Positions 42,501 to 52,634 of a DNA stretch of 64,000 nucleotides are shown here, piece by piece. The position numbers and the translations under genes are program-made. Source of the stretch: a virus. Lineage: Duplodnaviria > Caudoviricetes. The stretch is taken from positions 64,001-128,000 of IMG/VR virus record IMGVR_UViG_3300028048_000060. One strand, written 5' to 3'. Position 1 is the first letter of the stretch; every line of letters begins with the position of its first letter. The notes under the pieces were generated by a model. That model searched no databases and was not told where the DNA came from. It saw only the letters and a list, made by a program, of their open reading frames with translations.

Positions 42501-43879
42501 GCGAAACAAGTTACTCTAAAACAGATGAATTTAAGGAAAAACTTAAAAATCATAATATTGAAAAATATGGCGTTGAGAACTATTTTAATTCCGATGATTA
42601 TAAGATAAAATCAAAAGAGGCAAGTCTCGAGAAGTATAACTCTGAATACTACCTTAGTTCAGAGTTAAGAAAACAGCGAGAGATAGAGAGTGGTCATTGG
42701 ATTTCTGATGAAGACCGAACTGAATACGAATTATATCGCTTAAATGTTTGGAGGATTACGAATAAACAAGACCTAGAATCACTTGAAGACTTTGATAAAC
42801 GTGGAAGAATAGACCTTAACTCTGATGCTTATCATATAGATCATAAGTTTAGTATAAGAGAAGGATTTGAAGAGAATATTCCACCTGAGATTATCGGTTC
42901 CCTAAAGAATCTCGAAATGATTCCAGGAAGAAAGAATTGCTCTAAGAACTCTAAGTGCTCAATTACAAAGGAAGAATTACTGAATGACCCAGGTAAAATG
43001 CAAAACAACAAATGAAGTATTCTCTGTTAAAGTATCTATTAACACAGAATATCAAGAAATAGTGAATTTTTATACTAAAGAACACTCTCTATGTAAACTG
43101 ATAAATGTTTTGTTAGATGAATGTAATACAAATAAACCCTTTAAATTTAAGATAAAGAAACGTCTTGAAGCAATCGACAAAGAATTAAAGAAATCTAAAG
43201 AAGAAATATAAATATATTTGAGTTTATGAAGAGAATGTGAGAGCGATTTCAAAGTGTGTTGGACAGACTTTAAAATCATATTGAATTGCTGGAACTGCCT
43301 TAGAGCCTTTATACTACAATAGACACGAAAGTAGTCTATGACAGTTGAAAAAGTTAAAGGATTGGCAAATCAGCACCTAAGTACCTAAATCTGAGAAGAC
43401 ATGGTAAAAGGTCAGAGACTATCCTAATGAACGTTGTGAAACGTACTAAATGGAGTACAGCCAAGTGGCTGGAAGTGGTATGCTAAGAAGATATAGTCCG
43501 ACCTAATGTGAAAGCATTAGCTGGGTTTAATCCCGTGTTAAGATTAACGACCTTAACAGAACACAAAAGCAACACTATTGAAAGAGCATTAGCTAAGATG
43601 TCTAAGTATCAGGTGATGGAATTCAATGATACCTTTACTAGAAATAGAATTATTGCTATTATGAAACCATATTTAGCATCTGTTCAGGCAGGAAGAGGTA
43701 TTCAGGATTTCCATATCATTTGTGATACATCTAACAACACTCCTGATGTAATTTCAAGAAATCAGTTAGTTGTGGATATCTACATAAAGCCAACGTATGT
43801 ATCAGAGATGATTCATCTTAACTTTATAAATGCTGGTACAAACGATTTTAGCTCAGTTATAAGCACTAATAACAGCTAA
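39589..43879 (+). CDS. Tail sheath protein, T4 gp18-like, join(39589..41759,43570..43879), 826 aa
   Basis: SPGVYVTEID, PWYASAGLNRG, LWGQKT, FDRVNVRCLF|NTIERAL..EFND..TR..IYIKP; interrupted by an intron. Confidence 0.92.
41876..43015 (+). CDS. Intron-encoded HNH-type homing endonuclease
   Basis: CxxC..C...C, multiple TNLEKYGV repeats, HIDHKFS..NLEMIP...NCSK. Confidence 0.75.
   Translation: MNTEELKKEILNNLSKNKYVKPKFRIENNLTPKQCFDILYPEKIKKCQYCGKESEFKSFSLGYKDICDSKECKHKHRIETVTKTNLEKYGVENVSQLESIKKKKTETVFKHYGVYDYLNSEQNKHNMYDENGVQKAQSKEAKEKRKKTLLERYGTTDIFKINNGRERSNSKEGREKAKQTLLKNHGVTSTWKLQKTKDTIKKTNLEKYGETSYSKTDEFKEKLKNHNIEKYGVENYFNSDDYKIKSKEASLEKYNSEYYLSSELRKQREIESGHWISDEDRTEYELYRLNVWRITNKQDLESLEDFDKRGRIDLNSDAYHIDHKFSIREGFEENIPPEIIGSLKNLEMIPGRKNCSKNSKCSITKEELLNDPGKMQNNK
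42984..43211 (+). CDS. Small hypothetical ORF inside intron L1
   Basis: AAGGA RBS; overlaps the endonuclease stop. Confidence 0.5.
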   Translation: MTQVKCKTTNEVFSVKVSINTEYQEIVNFYTKEHSLCKLINVLLDECNTNKPFKFKIKKRLEAIDKELKKSKEEI

Positions 43880-43935
43880 AATTCATTGAAACTCATTTAA
43901 AGACCTCTTATAATTAAAGTAAGAGGTCTTTTATT

Positions 43936-45762
43936 ATGTTTCAAAAATTTAATCCATCAAAATTTATAGAAGAAAATTTAAAAAGTCATACATTTGAAGA
44001 AGTTTTAGATTTATTGTATAAGAAAGCTAAAAATTCATTTCTCAAATTTATCAAAGAATCTTACTCTGATTTTAAAGACAACTATGATGAAATCCTTACT
44101 AAGCTAAATTCATCAGACTTAGAATATGTGTCTTTATATATTAGAGGAAGACTTAACAAATGTCCTGTTTGTGGAAAGTATTTTGAAGGAAAACATAATA
44201 AATGCTGTTCCAAAGAATGCAGTATGAAATTCAATTATAGTCTTGAAAGATTTTCTAAGATTATAGACAAAACTAATAATTTTGAAGAGTCCCTCAGAGA
44301 ACTTCATAGAGAAGAAGGTCCTAACAAGTTTTCTGCTGATATGAACAGCATCTATCCTTATTTTAAACAACAGTTCGATGAACTTTTAAAGAAGATTGGG
44401 TCTGATGATTTAAGATTTATAAACCTTTATATACAAGACAAACTATCAAAGTGTAAGGTCTGTGGAAAGGTGACTGTTAAACCGAGAATATTTTGTTGTT
44501 CTAAGTGTTATGGTCAAGGTTTTGACTATGGTGAGATTAACAAAAATAAAGATTACACTAAAATAGGACGGAGTATCTCAGACACATTATTAAACAGAAC
44601 AGAAAAAGAAAAGAAAGAACACTTAGAAAAGATAAGAAAGACAAAACTTGAAAGATATGGAAAAGAAGATTTTACTAATCCTGAAAAGGCAAAGGAAACA
44701 TGCTTAAAAAGATATGGATATTCAAGTTATTGCAAAACTTCAGAGTTTAAAGAACGTCTCACTAAGAGTGCTATTTCTAAGTATAAGCATGCTGAAAATT
44801 TCAACAAAGAATACATAGAAGCTAATTTTATAGAAGATGGATTTTTAAAAATCCATGAGTGTTCTGAGTATTTTGGTGTCCATGTATGTGTTATCTACAA
44901 AAGGATAAAGAATCTTGGAATTGAATTTAAATTCAGAACAGGAAGTTCTGATGCTGAAAATTCTCTCTTTAGTTGGATTCCTGTAGAGAATAAAATCCAT
45001 AATAGTAGAGATATTATCCCACCAAAAGAACTTGATATATTCATTCCTGATTATAATCTCGCCATAGAATATAATGGAAACTATTGGCACTCACTCTATG
45101 AACCTAACTATCATAAAGAAAAGACTTTAATGTGTATAGAAAAAGGAATAAAACTCTTTCAGATATTTGAGACAGATAATATGGAAATTTGGAAGTCTAT
45201 GATTCTTAACTCATTAGGAAAGAGTACTAAAATTTATGCTAGGAACTGTGAGATTAGACAAGTTTCTTCAAAAGAAGCATCGTTGTTCTTAGATGAAAAT
45301 CATATACAAGGAAAGTGTGGCTCTAATATAAGATTAGGATTATTTTATAATGATAACTTAGTTCAAATTATGACATTTGGGAAACCAAGATTTAACAAAA
45401 AGTATGACTATGAACTTCTAAGACTTTGTTCACTAAGAGGATACTGTGTAGTTGGAGGAGCATCAAAATTATTTAAGTTCTTCAGAGAAAACTATAAGGG
45501 TTCGGTTATCTCATATTGTAACCTGAGATACTCATATGGAAGCATCTATAAAACTCTTGGATTTACCCAGTTGTCTATAAATGAACCAAGTTATTTTTAC
45601 TCTAAGAATTTTGAAGTACTCTCAAGATATCAGTGTCAAAAACACAAACTAAAGAATATTCTTGAGAATTTCGATAAAAATCTGACTGAATCTGAGAATA
45701 TGATTAATAATGGCTATCTTAAAGTGTTTGATTCAGGAAGCATTACATTTGTAATGGAATGA
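43936..45762 (+). CDS. Free-standing Hef-like homing endonuclease
   Basis: Two CxxC..CCS..C modules, (R/K)YG repeats, ELDIFIPDYNLAIEYNGNYWHS, NHIQG..VVGGASKL domain. Confidence 0.75.
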   Translation: MFQKFNPSKFIEENLKSHTFEEVLDLLYKKAKNSFLKFIKESYSDFKDNYDEILTKLNSSDLEYVSLYIRGRLNKCPVCGKYFEGKHNKCCSKECSMKFNYSLERFSKIIDKTNNFEESLRELHREEGPNKFSADMNSIYPYFKQQFDELLKKIGSDDLRFINLYIQDKLSKCKVCGKVTVKPRIFCCSKCYGQGFDYGEINKNKDYTKIGRSISDTLLNRTEKEKKEHLEKIRKTKLERYGKEDFTNPEKAKETCLKRYGYSSYCKTSEFKERLTKSAISKYKHAENFNKEYIEANFIEDGFLKIHECSEYFGVHVCVIYKRIKNLGIEFKFRTGSSDAENSLFSWIPVENKIHNSRDIIPPKELDIFIPDYNLAIEYNGNYWHSLYEPNYHKEKTLMCIEKGIKLFQIFETDNMEIWKSMILNSLGKSTKIYARNCEIRQVSSKEASLFLDENHIQGKCGSNIRLGLFYNDNLVQIMTFGKPRFNKKYDYELLRLCSLRGYCVVGGASKLFKFFRENYKGSVISYCNLRYSYGSIYKTLGFTQLSINEPSYFYSKNFEVLSRYQCQKHKLKNILENFDKNLTESENMINNGYLKVFDSGSITFVME

Positions 45763-45886
45763 CTTTAGTTCTGTTATAACAACAAATAACAACTAAAATC
45801 AATAATCATTGAAATATTAAAGACCTCTTAATAAGAGGTCTTTTATTTTGTCTTAAAAAAATTTTAATTAAAGTCAAAAAAAATTC

Positions 45887-45915
45887 TTGAGTTTAACTCA
45901 AAATTATATTATAAT
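45887..45915 (+). promoter_or_regulatory. Early sigma70-type promoter
   Basis: TTGAGT-N17-TATAAT. Confidence 0.85.
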
Positions 45916-46963
45916 AATAGCATAAAAAGGGAGAAAGGATATGAGAAATGAAATCTTAGAAGCAATCAAAGAAATAGCTAAGGCAAATGACGTAGAAGTC
46001 ACATACGTCTCAGTAAGAGTCGAAGACTTAGAAATTGAAATCAATTTCAACCTTGAAAAGGGTGTAGCACGTTATTGCTTTGAGTCTTATGGCGAAGCAT
46101 GGAACACTGATGTAGAAGATGACTTAGTTGTTATCCAGGTAATGGACGACAAAGTCGTAGACGAAGAGCTTTGGTGCGAGGGTTGGGAAGGATATTCCTC
46201 ACAATTACAAGGATGGGAAGATGACCAAAAGGTTCTCACTGAAGTATCTAATAAGATAAAAGAGAAAATTTCTGCTATCTTAAAAGCAAACGGATTTAAG
46301 TTTAAGTAGTTTTGAGGAGATAGGAGTCCTAGGACTCCTATTTAAGAGGAAAGAGAAATGGAACTAACTGAACTAATAAAATTCTTTGACTATTACTTCG
46401 AGACATTTAAGCTAGTCTCACTCTTAGGATGTTGCTTTTGTTTCTATGGACTTTGGATTTCGATAGTCCTATTAGTCCATGGAGCATGGTTTGGAAAGGT
46501 CTTAGCATTAGTTGGAATTATTGTTTGTCTTGGAATTCCAGTAATGGACTTTGTGCTTCTTGATGAAATAAAAGCATACAGAGCAAGTAAGACTTGTATC
46601 TTTGTTAATCATTATCGTCCAAGTATAGAGATAGAGCCTGAGGAAACTCTTCCATCAACAATTTAGAGGAGAACTGAAATGAATCTTAATCAGAGATTTT
46701 TATGGCTAATAGAAGACTCAGAAGAACTCATTAACTACAAAATTAGAGTCCAAGGAACTGGAAATATGAGTCCTACTAAGTTTGATTTTATTAACTATCG
46801 CGCTCTTACTAGTGCGTATCTGAATGATGAAAAATTTAAGATACTCAAAGACAGAAAGATTCTGAGATTTACAGTTTATCCTGACAGGAACCTCATTGAA
46901 GTCATAGTAGATGATGAAATAGAATTTAAACCTCTTTATATAAAAGACTTAATCTAAAACTTA

Positions 46964-46987
46964 AAAGGAGTCTTTAAAGACTCCTTT
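46964..46987. terminator. Bidirectional terminator
   Basis: Palindrome AAAGGAGTCTTTAAAGACTCCTTT between convergent genes. Confidence 0.75.
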
Positions 46988-47019
46988 CATTCGAGTCATA
47001 AATGACTCCTTTATCATAT

Positions 47020-48243
47020 TTAAATAAATCCTTTGCTCTTTAGATAACTTCTAAATCCACTTGGCTTGCTCTCAGTTATTCTGTATTCGTCATAATATGG
47101 ATTAATTAAATCCTTAGACAAGTCACTAAGACCTAGACTATCAATAAAGAACTTATATCCTGAAATTTTGACTTTGTAGTCTAATTCAGGGTCGTACCTT
47201 TCTAACTTCTGAGCCTTCGGTTTCAGTTCCCAAAGCATACTAACGTACTTTTGGTTTATAGTCTCCCAATTTTCCTTAGGAACATAAGTCTTTATAAGTT
47301 CTACTAATCCAGTAAAAGACCAAAACTTCTTAGAGTCAGACTCTAAACACTCAGCATCAGATGGGTTTATACTTAGTTTTAATATCTCAGCTACATCTGT
47401 AACGTAATCACTGTCTTTTACAGGAATCTCTTTAAAGACCTGTTTACCATTATCAAAGACTGGATTTCCTTCAGGGTCTTGTAGAGGTTCAAATGCGACT
47501 CTAAGACCTTTACCTACTGAGAACTTCATCATTCCTGGATTAACTAAGTTCTTTGATTTAGAGATAGTGTAGTTGTCATATGTGGACTTAGTAGTACAGA
47601 TTACAATATCGTCTCTTACTGAGATTCCATAAACTAATGCTCTTAGAAGATACTTATGATGAACCGCTTTAATTCCTGCCTTTGTATCTTCGAAACTGGA
47701 ACTATGACTGAACTTAGCCCACTCAGAAGGTAATCCAGTCTCACTGAATGGTAAGAACTCCAAGTCTATCTGCATTGGGACTTTAAGACCATCAAAGTCA
47801 GCTACAAACACACAGATTATTTGATTTTCAATTGGAGAAAATTTAGTCCTGTTGCACCCCATATATGTCACTCCAGGAATTACTTCCTTAGAGTCAATAG
47901 ATTCTAGGTAATCCCAGATGTTCTTTCTCTGAAAATCAGGAACTACTACGTCTATATCTCCCGCGACCTCTTTGTATTTGACTATTTCTTCATCAGGAAT
48001 GTTTGGGTCCATGATGAAGGATGAACTCCCATTAAAAGTAAATCCTGTTTCGATTTGGGTCTCATCTGTCCAAAGAAGAGTCTTAAATTTCTTTTTAAAG
48101 TCGTTGTTTATTTTCTTTAGTAAGTCAGTGACGACTTTTCGAAACCTGCTCCTCCCTATCTTTTTTAGAGGGATTTTTTGTGCTTTGGTCTTTATTCCTT
48201 TTTTAGACGTAACAGTCTCATCTCCGCCTTCAAATAATTTCAT
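47020..48243 (-). CDS. Pol-beta-fold nucleotidyltransferase-like protein, paralogue A
   Basis: FNGSS, GDIDVV, QIDLEF, FSHSSSF.D...GIKAVHHKYL. Confidence 0.6.
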   Translation of the reverse strand: MKLFEGGDETVTSKKGIKTKAQKIPLKKIGRSRFRKVVTDLLKKINNDFKKKFKTLLWTDETQIETGFTFNGSSSFIMDPNIPDEEIVKYKEVAGDIDVVVPDFQRKNIWDYLESIDSKEVIPGVTYMGCNRTKFSPIENQIICVFVADFDGLKVPMQIDLEFLPFSETGLPSEWAKFSHSSSFEDTKAGIKAVHHKYLLRALVYGISVRDDIVICTTKSTYDNYTISKSKNLVNPGMMKFSVGKGLRVAFEPLQDPEGNPVFDNGKQVFKEIPVKDSDYVTDVAEILKLSINPSDAECLESDSKKFWSFTGLVELIKTYVPKENWETINQKYVSMLWELKPKAQKLERYDPELDYKVKISGYKFFIDSLGLSDLSKDLINPYYDEYRITESKPSGFRSYLKSKGFI

Positions 48244-48331
48244 TTTATGACCTCTTATATAAAAACTGATATTAAAAAAGAGTCTTTGAAGACTCTTTTA
48301 TATTATTTAGATGTTCTAAAAGATTAAAATC

Positions 48332-48619
48332 CTAAAATCTTGGGCCTCTTAGTCCTTCAGGGAAGTGAAGAATGTACTTAGTAGACCTAACTAAGGTCTC
48401 ATCATACTCGTCATTCTTTCCTAACTGGAATAAAGTGTAAGGTTCAATTTCAAACTGATGGAGTTTTCCATTGTGATAGGTTCTGAACTTTTGACCTGAT
48501 TTATTAGCCCAAAGAATCTCACCTTCCTTTTGGAACTCTTTGTTTAACTTCTGAAGGTCCTTGATAACTGGATATAAGTCAAACTCAGTATCTGCCTCGT
48601 TAAGATATTTGAATTTCAT
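48332..48619 (-). CDS. Probable internal head protein
   Basis: MKFKYLNEA N-terminus; late promoter at 48646-48653. Confidence 0.45.
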   Translation of the reverse strand: MKFKYLNEADTEFDLYPVIKDLQKLNKEFQKEGEILWANKSGQKFRTYHNGKLHQFEIEPYTLFQLGKNDEYDETLVRSTKYILHFPEGLRGPRF

Positions 48620-48702
48620 AGTATTCTCCTTTTCAACTATATGTCTATTTATATTCTATAAATATTTTAATAACAGAGCTTTAATGCTTTAAGGAGTTTT
48701 AA

Positions 48703-49558
48703 ATGATTTTTAAACGATTCAGAGACATTTTACAGTTCATTGAGACAAATGAAAATTTAGATACGTCTTTAAAAGAAACTAAGAATTATATCAAAGAAAA
48801 CTTAGAAAAAGGATTTACATTTAAAGAACTTCAGTTCGAACAGGAACTGAATTATGGAATAGATATCTTTGGAACAGTAAGACCTATTTTGGGTGAGATG
48901 GTTGATACTAAGACTCAAAGAAAAGACTCTTTAGGAAGAACAGTGTGCAATCATATCGTGACATTCTTAGTAAAGCACAATGATGATGGGAGTTTCCTGA
49001 GTCCTGAGGGAGTTATCTTTACTATAGACATAACTCCAAAGACTAAGACTGAGTATCAGAGAGTCAAAGTAACTGAGATTTTAAAATTATAAGGAGACAT
49101 AAATGCTCAGAGTAGATTATAAACTTATATATGATATCTTAGATGAAAAGAAACAGAGTCTTCTTAAGTTTGGAAATATCTATCCTTTTGGTTCAAAACT
49201 TCCTGAGGATAACGTAAAGAACATGGTTAAGGACATAGATGATTTCTTAGGAAACATCAAGTTAATGGTGAACACTGGAGATGTCTACGTAGAAATTAAT
49301 AACATGGCTGACCTTCCAAAGAACAAAACAAATGGAGAGGTTTCTATAAAAGAACTTAATCTCTTAGATGTCAGTTCAGGAACAGGAATGTGTTATTTCT
49401 CAGTTGTCGCCATCCAGTGTGTAAAGACTGCTTGTGTGGACATCTTTAACAGAAATGTCTTTAAACAGGGTGATAATCTGTTCTATGTTACGTCTGAGGA
49501 TGCTTCTCAGAATAAAAAAGGAGTTATTACAATCAACAAGACTGTGTTCAGAAGGTGA
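48703..49558 (+). CDS. Two late hypothetical ORFs (48703..49092, 49103..49558)
   Basis: TATAAATA at 48657-48664; AAGGAG RBSs. Confidence 0.6.
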
Positions 49559-49570
49559 ACTACATCTGCC

Positions 49571-50809
49571 CTAAAGGGAAGATGCTTCATGTTTCGTTGA
49601 TTGATTGGATCTCTGAATTGCTTCAGAGATCTGTTTTTCAATCTCCACATGCTTAAATTTGGTGCGTCCCACACCTATATTATTCTTATAGAAAAATATC
49701 ATATTCTTAGATGCATGAATATCTCTATCTTCTGTTATACTACATTCACAAGAGAATGTTCTATCTGATAGAGATAAGTCGTGATATTTTCCACAATTTC
49801 TACACAGTTTAGTTGTTGGAAGATAAGCATTTAAACAAATTGCATTTGGATTTCTCATCAATTTTGCTTTGACTCTTCCAAGAATACTATGTTGTATAGT
49901 CTTACCAAAAGTTCCAGACCATGCATGTAGTTGTTCATCTTGGAAAACACAAATTTGATTATCTGTTAAATCACGAACAATCTTATTTGCTAAATCTTCC
50001 TTACGATTACACATTTTCTCATATTCTTTCTGGATCTTTAGACGAGTTTTGTACCTGTTGTTAGAGTTTTTCTTTTGTTTCTGCATCTTTCTTTGCAGTT
50101 TCTTTAGTCTCTCAGTTTCTCCAACAAGAACACTAATCTTTTGACCTTCAGAAGTGGTGATATGTGTAGAAATTCCTAAATCAATACCAATGACCTTTTC
50201 AGGTTTTGTGTATTCTTCTTTTTTATTAAAAGTTGTTATCTTTAAATAATAACCTGAAGATGTATGTACTAAATTTGCATTTGCGCACTCTACATCTTTA
50301 TCATAAATGAACTGTTCTAATCCTTGTACCTTTACAGTTCCAACATTAACTATCCTAACTTTGTTATGGTCTACAATTTTATGTGTACTGCCGTACTGTA
50401 CTAACGGAAGAGATTTAAGGTCTGAAATATATCCTATTCTTCCAACCTTCTTACCTTTCTTCTTTAAAGTGGATAATGTCTTAATATTGGAAATAAAATT
50501 TTTATATAGTCCTAATTTTTGTTGTGAACTTAGATAGTTAAAATCAGAAATAACTTCATTATGTTCTTTGTCAAAATGTTTAACACTTTTAATCTTTAAA
50601 TCAACGTCTTTAATATCATTAGTTTCGGTGAAATTTACAATGTGATTCCAGAACCACTTTCCTTCAACAAACATCATCTTTAATGATTCTTTCTGTTTCT
50701 TAGAAAGTTTGTTAGTCTGAATTTTAAGAGAATAGACCTTGCACTCCTGAGATTTTCTCTTCTCACGAGTTTCCAATAAACTTTGTCTTATTTGTTCGTT
50801 CTTGGTCAT
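49571..50809 (-). CDS. tnpB: TnpB RNA-guided endonuclease, element 1
   Basis: GIDLG RuvC-I, PTTKLCRNCG..CEC zinc finger, DRDIHASKN; right-end hairpin ending GTAGTTCAC at 49555. Confidence 0.9.
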   Translation of the reverse strand: MTKNEQIRQSLLETREKRKSQECKVYSLKIQTNKLSKKQKESLKMMFVEGKWFWNHIVNFTETNDIKDVDLKIKSVKHFDKEHNEVISDFNYLSSQQKLGLYKNFISNIKTLSTLKKKGKKVGRIGYISDLKSLPLVQYGSTHKIVDHNKVRIVNVGTVKVQGLEQFIYDKDVECANANLVHTSSGYYLKITTFNKKEEYTKPEKVIGIDLGISTHITTSEGQKISVLVGETERLKKLQRKMQKQKKNSNNRYKTRLKIQKEYEKMCNRKEDLANKIVRDLTDNQICVFQDEQLHAWSGTFGKTIQHSILGRVKAKLMRNPNAICLNAYLPTTKLCRNCGKYHDLSLSDRTFSCECSITEDRDIHASKNMIFFYKNNIGVGRTKFKHVEIEKQISEAIQRSNQSTKHEASSL

Positions 50810-51688
50810 TTGGTCTACTCTTTTTTAATTTATTTATATTTTGGGTGAACTACATCATATCATTTTCAGTAATAAATACAAAAAAGATATGTTCCATTAG
50901 GTTCATATATGAATAGTTGTTAATGGAGTAGATGAATGGACTATCAGAAGTACCAAAGCGCAAAGAACAATATCCTTGACTACATAAATGACAGGGATAA
51001 GTTCAACAGGGTCTACTATCTGATAAATGAAAACATAGATGCTTTAGACACTGTTGTTAATACTGTTTACAAAGATTTTGACATGATGGATAAAAGAGTA
51101 GTCTTAGAGTTCCTGGAACATCTGAAAAAGATAATGGAACTCAGAGACGTAGAGGACAAGGGAACAAAGAATGGAAAATAGTATCTTTAAGATAATAAAG
51201 CACAAAGATAAAACCTTAGAAGACTCTGTTTGGGATTTAAGCAATGACACTGGCATCTTAAAGTGTGTTTTTCCTGGAAACTCAAAGGAACAGTTTGGTT
51301 TGGGTTTTGAAGTCTTAGACCCAAAGAAGACTGAAATCTTAGAAGGAATTATCGAGAAAGAGACCTTTCAGTTAGTTTAGGCACTTGATTTGATTTAATT
51401 TTAAGTTTCTTATATAATAAATATCATTAAAACTTTAGAGAACGTTGAGAATGAAAATTAGTAGTTTAATTAGAAAATTAGAAAAGATTAAAAACCAAAA
51501 AGGCGACATTGAAGTCTGTGTTTTGGAGAATGATTTTGAGTTCGGAAAACTTAAAAATGTCCAAACAGGATATTCTGACAAAAAGTATACGTGCGTATAT
51601 GATTATGATAGAATAAAAGACACAGAAAGCGATGACACTGAAGTCCAAGTTGTTTGTTTGTCATTATAAGATATAAGAAGGAGAAAAA

Positions 51689-51838
51689 ATGAAACTTTTA
51701 GTTAAAGATGGAAAAGTTGGAAAGGGACTGACCTTTCAGAGATTAAGACGTGTAACAGGATATCTCTCAGGAGACTACAAGACTCGTTTTAATGACGGTA
51801 AAATTGCAGAAGTAGAAGCAAGAGTAAAACACTGTTAG
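51689..51838 (+). CDS. Stand-alone 49-aa NrdD C-terminal glycyl-radical peptide (not in ORF track)
   Basis: AAGGAG RBS; ..RLRRVTGYLSG..RFNDGKIAEVEARVKH. Confidence 0.85.
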   Translation: MKLLVKDGKVGKGLTFQRLRRVTGYLSGDYKTRFNDGKIAEVEARVKHC

Positions 51839-51884
51839 GTGTTAAGCAAACACTGTTAGAAGTGTTTAAATAAGAGGACCTGAA

Positions 51885-52532
51885 ATGCTTATAACCATAG
51901 ACCCATACTACAATGTTGAGTTTTACAACAAGTGTATTCAGGCCCTTATCAACAATAAAATTCCAGTAAAACAGTTTATAAGTCCTATATCTAAGAAATG
52001 GTATTTGGATGTTCCTGTTTTACCTATAATGCTCAATTATGACTTAGTTCCTGAGAATGAGAAAAGATTTCTTTTGTCTAAGACAATAGCAGTCCAACCA
52101 CAGGAACAGTATCTTTTATACAGACGTACTGGTGATACTAATGTCCTTAATCCTGTAATGGTCAAAGCAGACTACATGAAACAGGACACACAGTATGCTC
52201 TGTTCTTTAATCTCAAAAACAGACAGGATGGAAATAATCTAAGTAAAGTCTTTAAGACTAAGATATACTACTTAGGAAAATACTACTATAACAAATACAG
52301 ACTGTGTGTTTGTTTTGATGAAGGAATAAAGACTTTAATTAGTGCTTCAGACATTGTCTATGAAAAGACTCCAAGTACAACCTGGATGAAAGCAGAACAG
52401 GACATAAATCAAAAGGTCTTTCTTCTAAGAGATTATCTTGTCAAATTTACTCAGACACCATACTTTGATGGTTCTAAGTTTGTTTGTCCAAATTACTATG
52501 GTGAACTTCAAAAGAGATTCTTTAGTTTTTAG
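51885..52532 (+). CDS. Hypothetical protein
   Basis: 215-aa ORF with GAGGA RBS. Confidence 0.65.
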   Translation: MLITIDPYYNVEFYNKCIQALINNKIPVKQFISPISKKWYLDVPVLPIMLNYDLVPENEKRFLLSKTIAVQPQEQYLLYRRTGDTNVLNPVMVKADYMKQDTQYALFFNLKNRQDGNNLSKVFKTKIYYLGKYYYNKYRLCVCFDEGIKTLISASDIVYEKTPSTTWMKAEQDINQKVFLLRDYLVKFTQTPYFDGSKFVCPNYYGELQKRFFSF

Positions 52533-52634
52533 TTTTTAATTCATTTAAAACTCTTTTAAAAAAATGTGTTTTATTATATAATAGGGCATATGTGACCTAC
52601 ATCTTCCCTAAAGGATAGATGCTTCCATTTACAA

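Larger units (their letters stand above)
41760..43569 (+). mobile_element. Group I intron with endonuclease ORFs in loop L1
   Basis: Exon 1 ends in U and intron ends in G; IGS GTGTTGGACAGAC (43256-43268) pairs with junction GTCTGTT|CAACAC; P AATTGCTGGAA, Q AATCAGCAC, R TCAGAGACTA, S AAGATATAGTCC. Confidence 0.92.

Noticed and set aside
43508-43569. N-terminus MKALAGFNPVL.. of ORF 43508..43879
   Set aside because: This is intron P9-region sequence; exon 2 begins at 43570.
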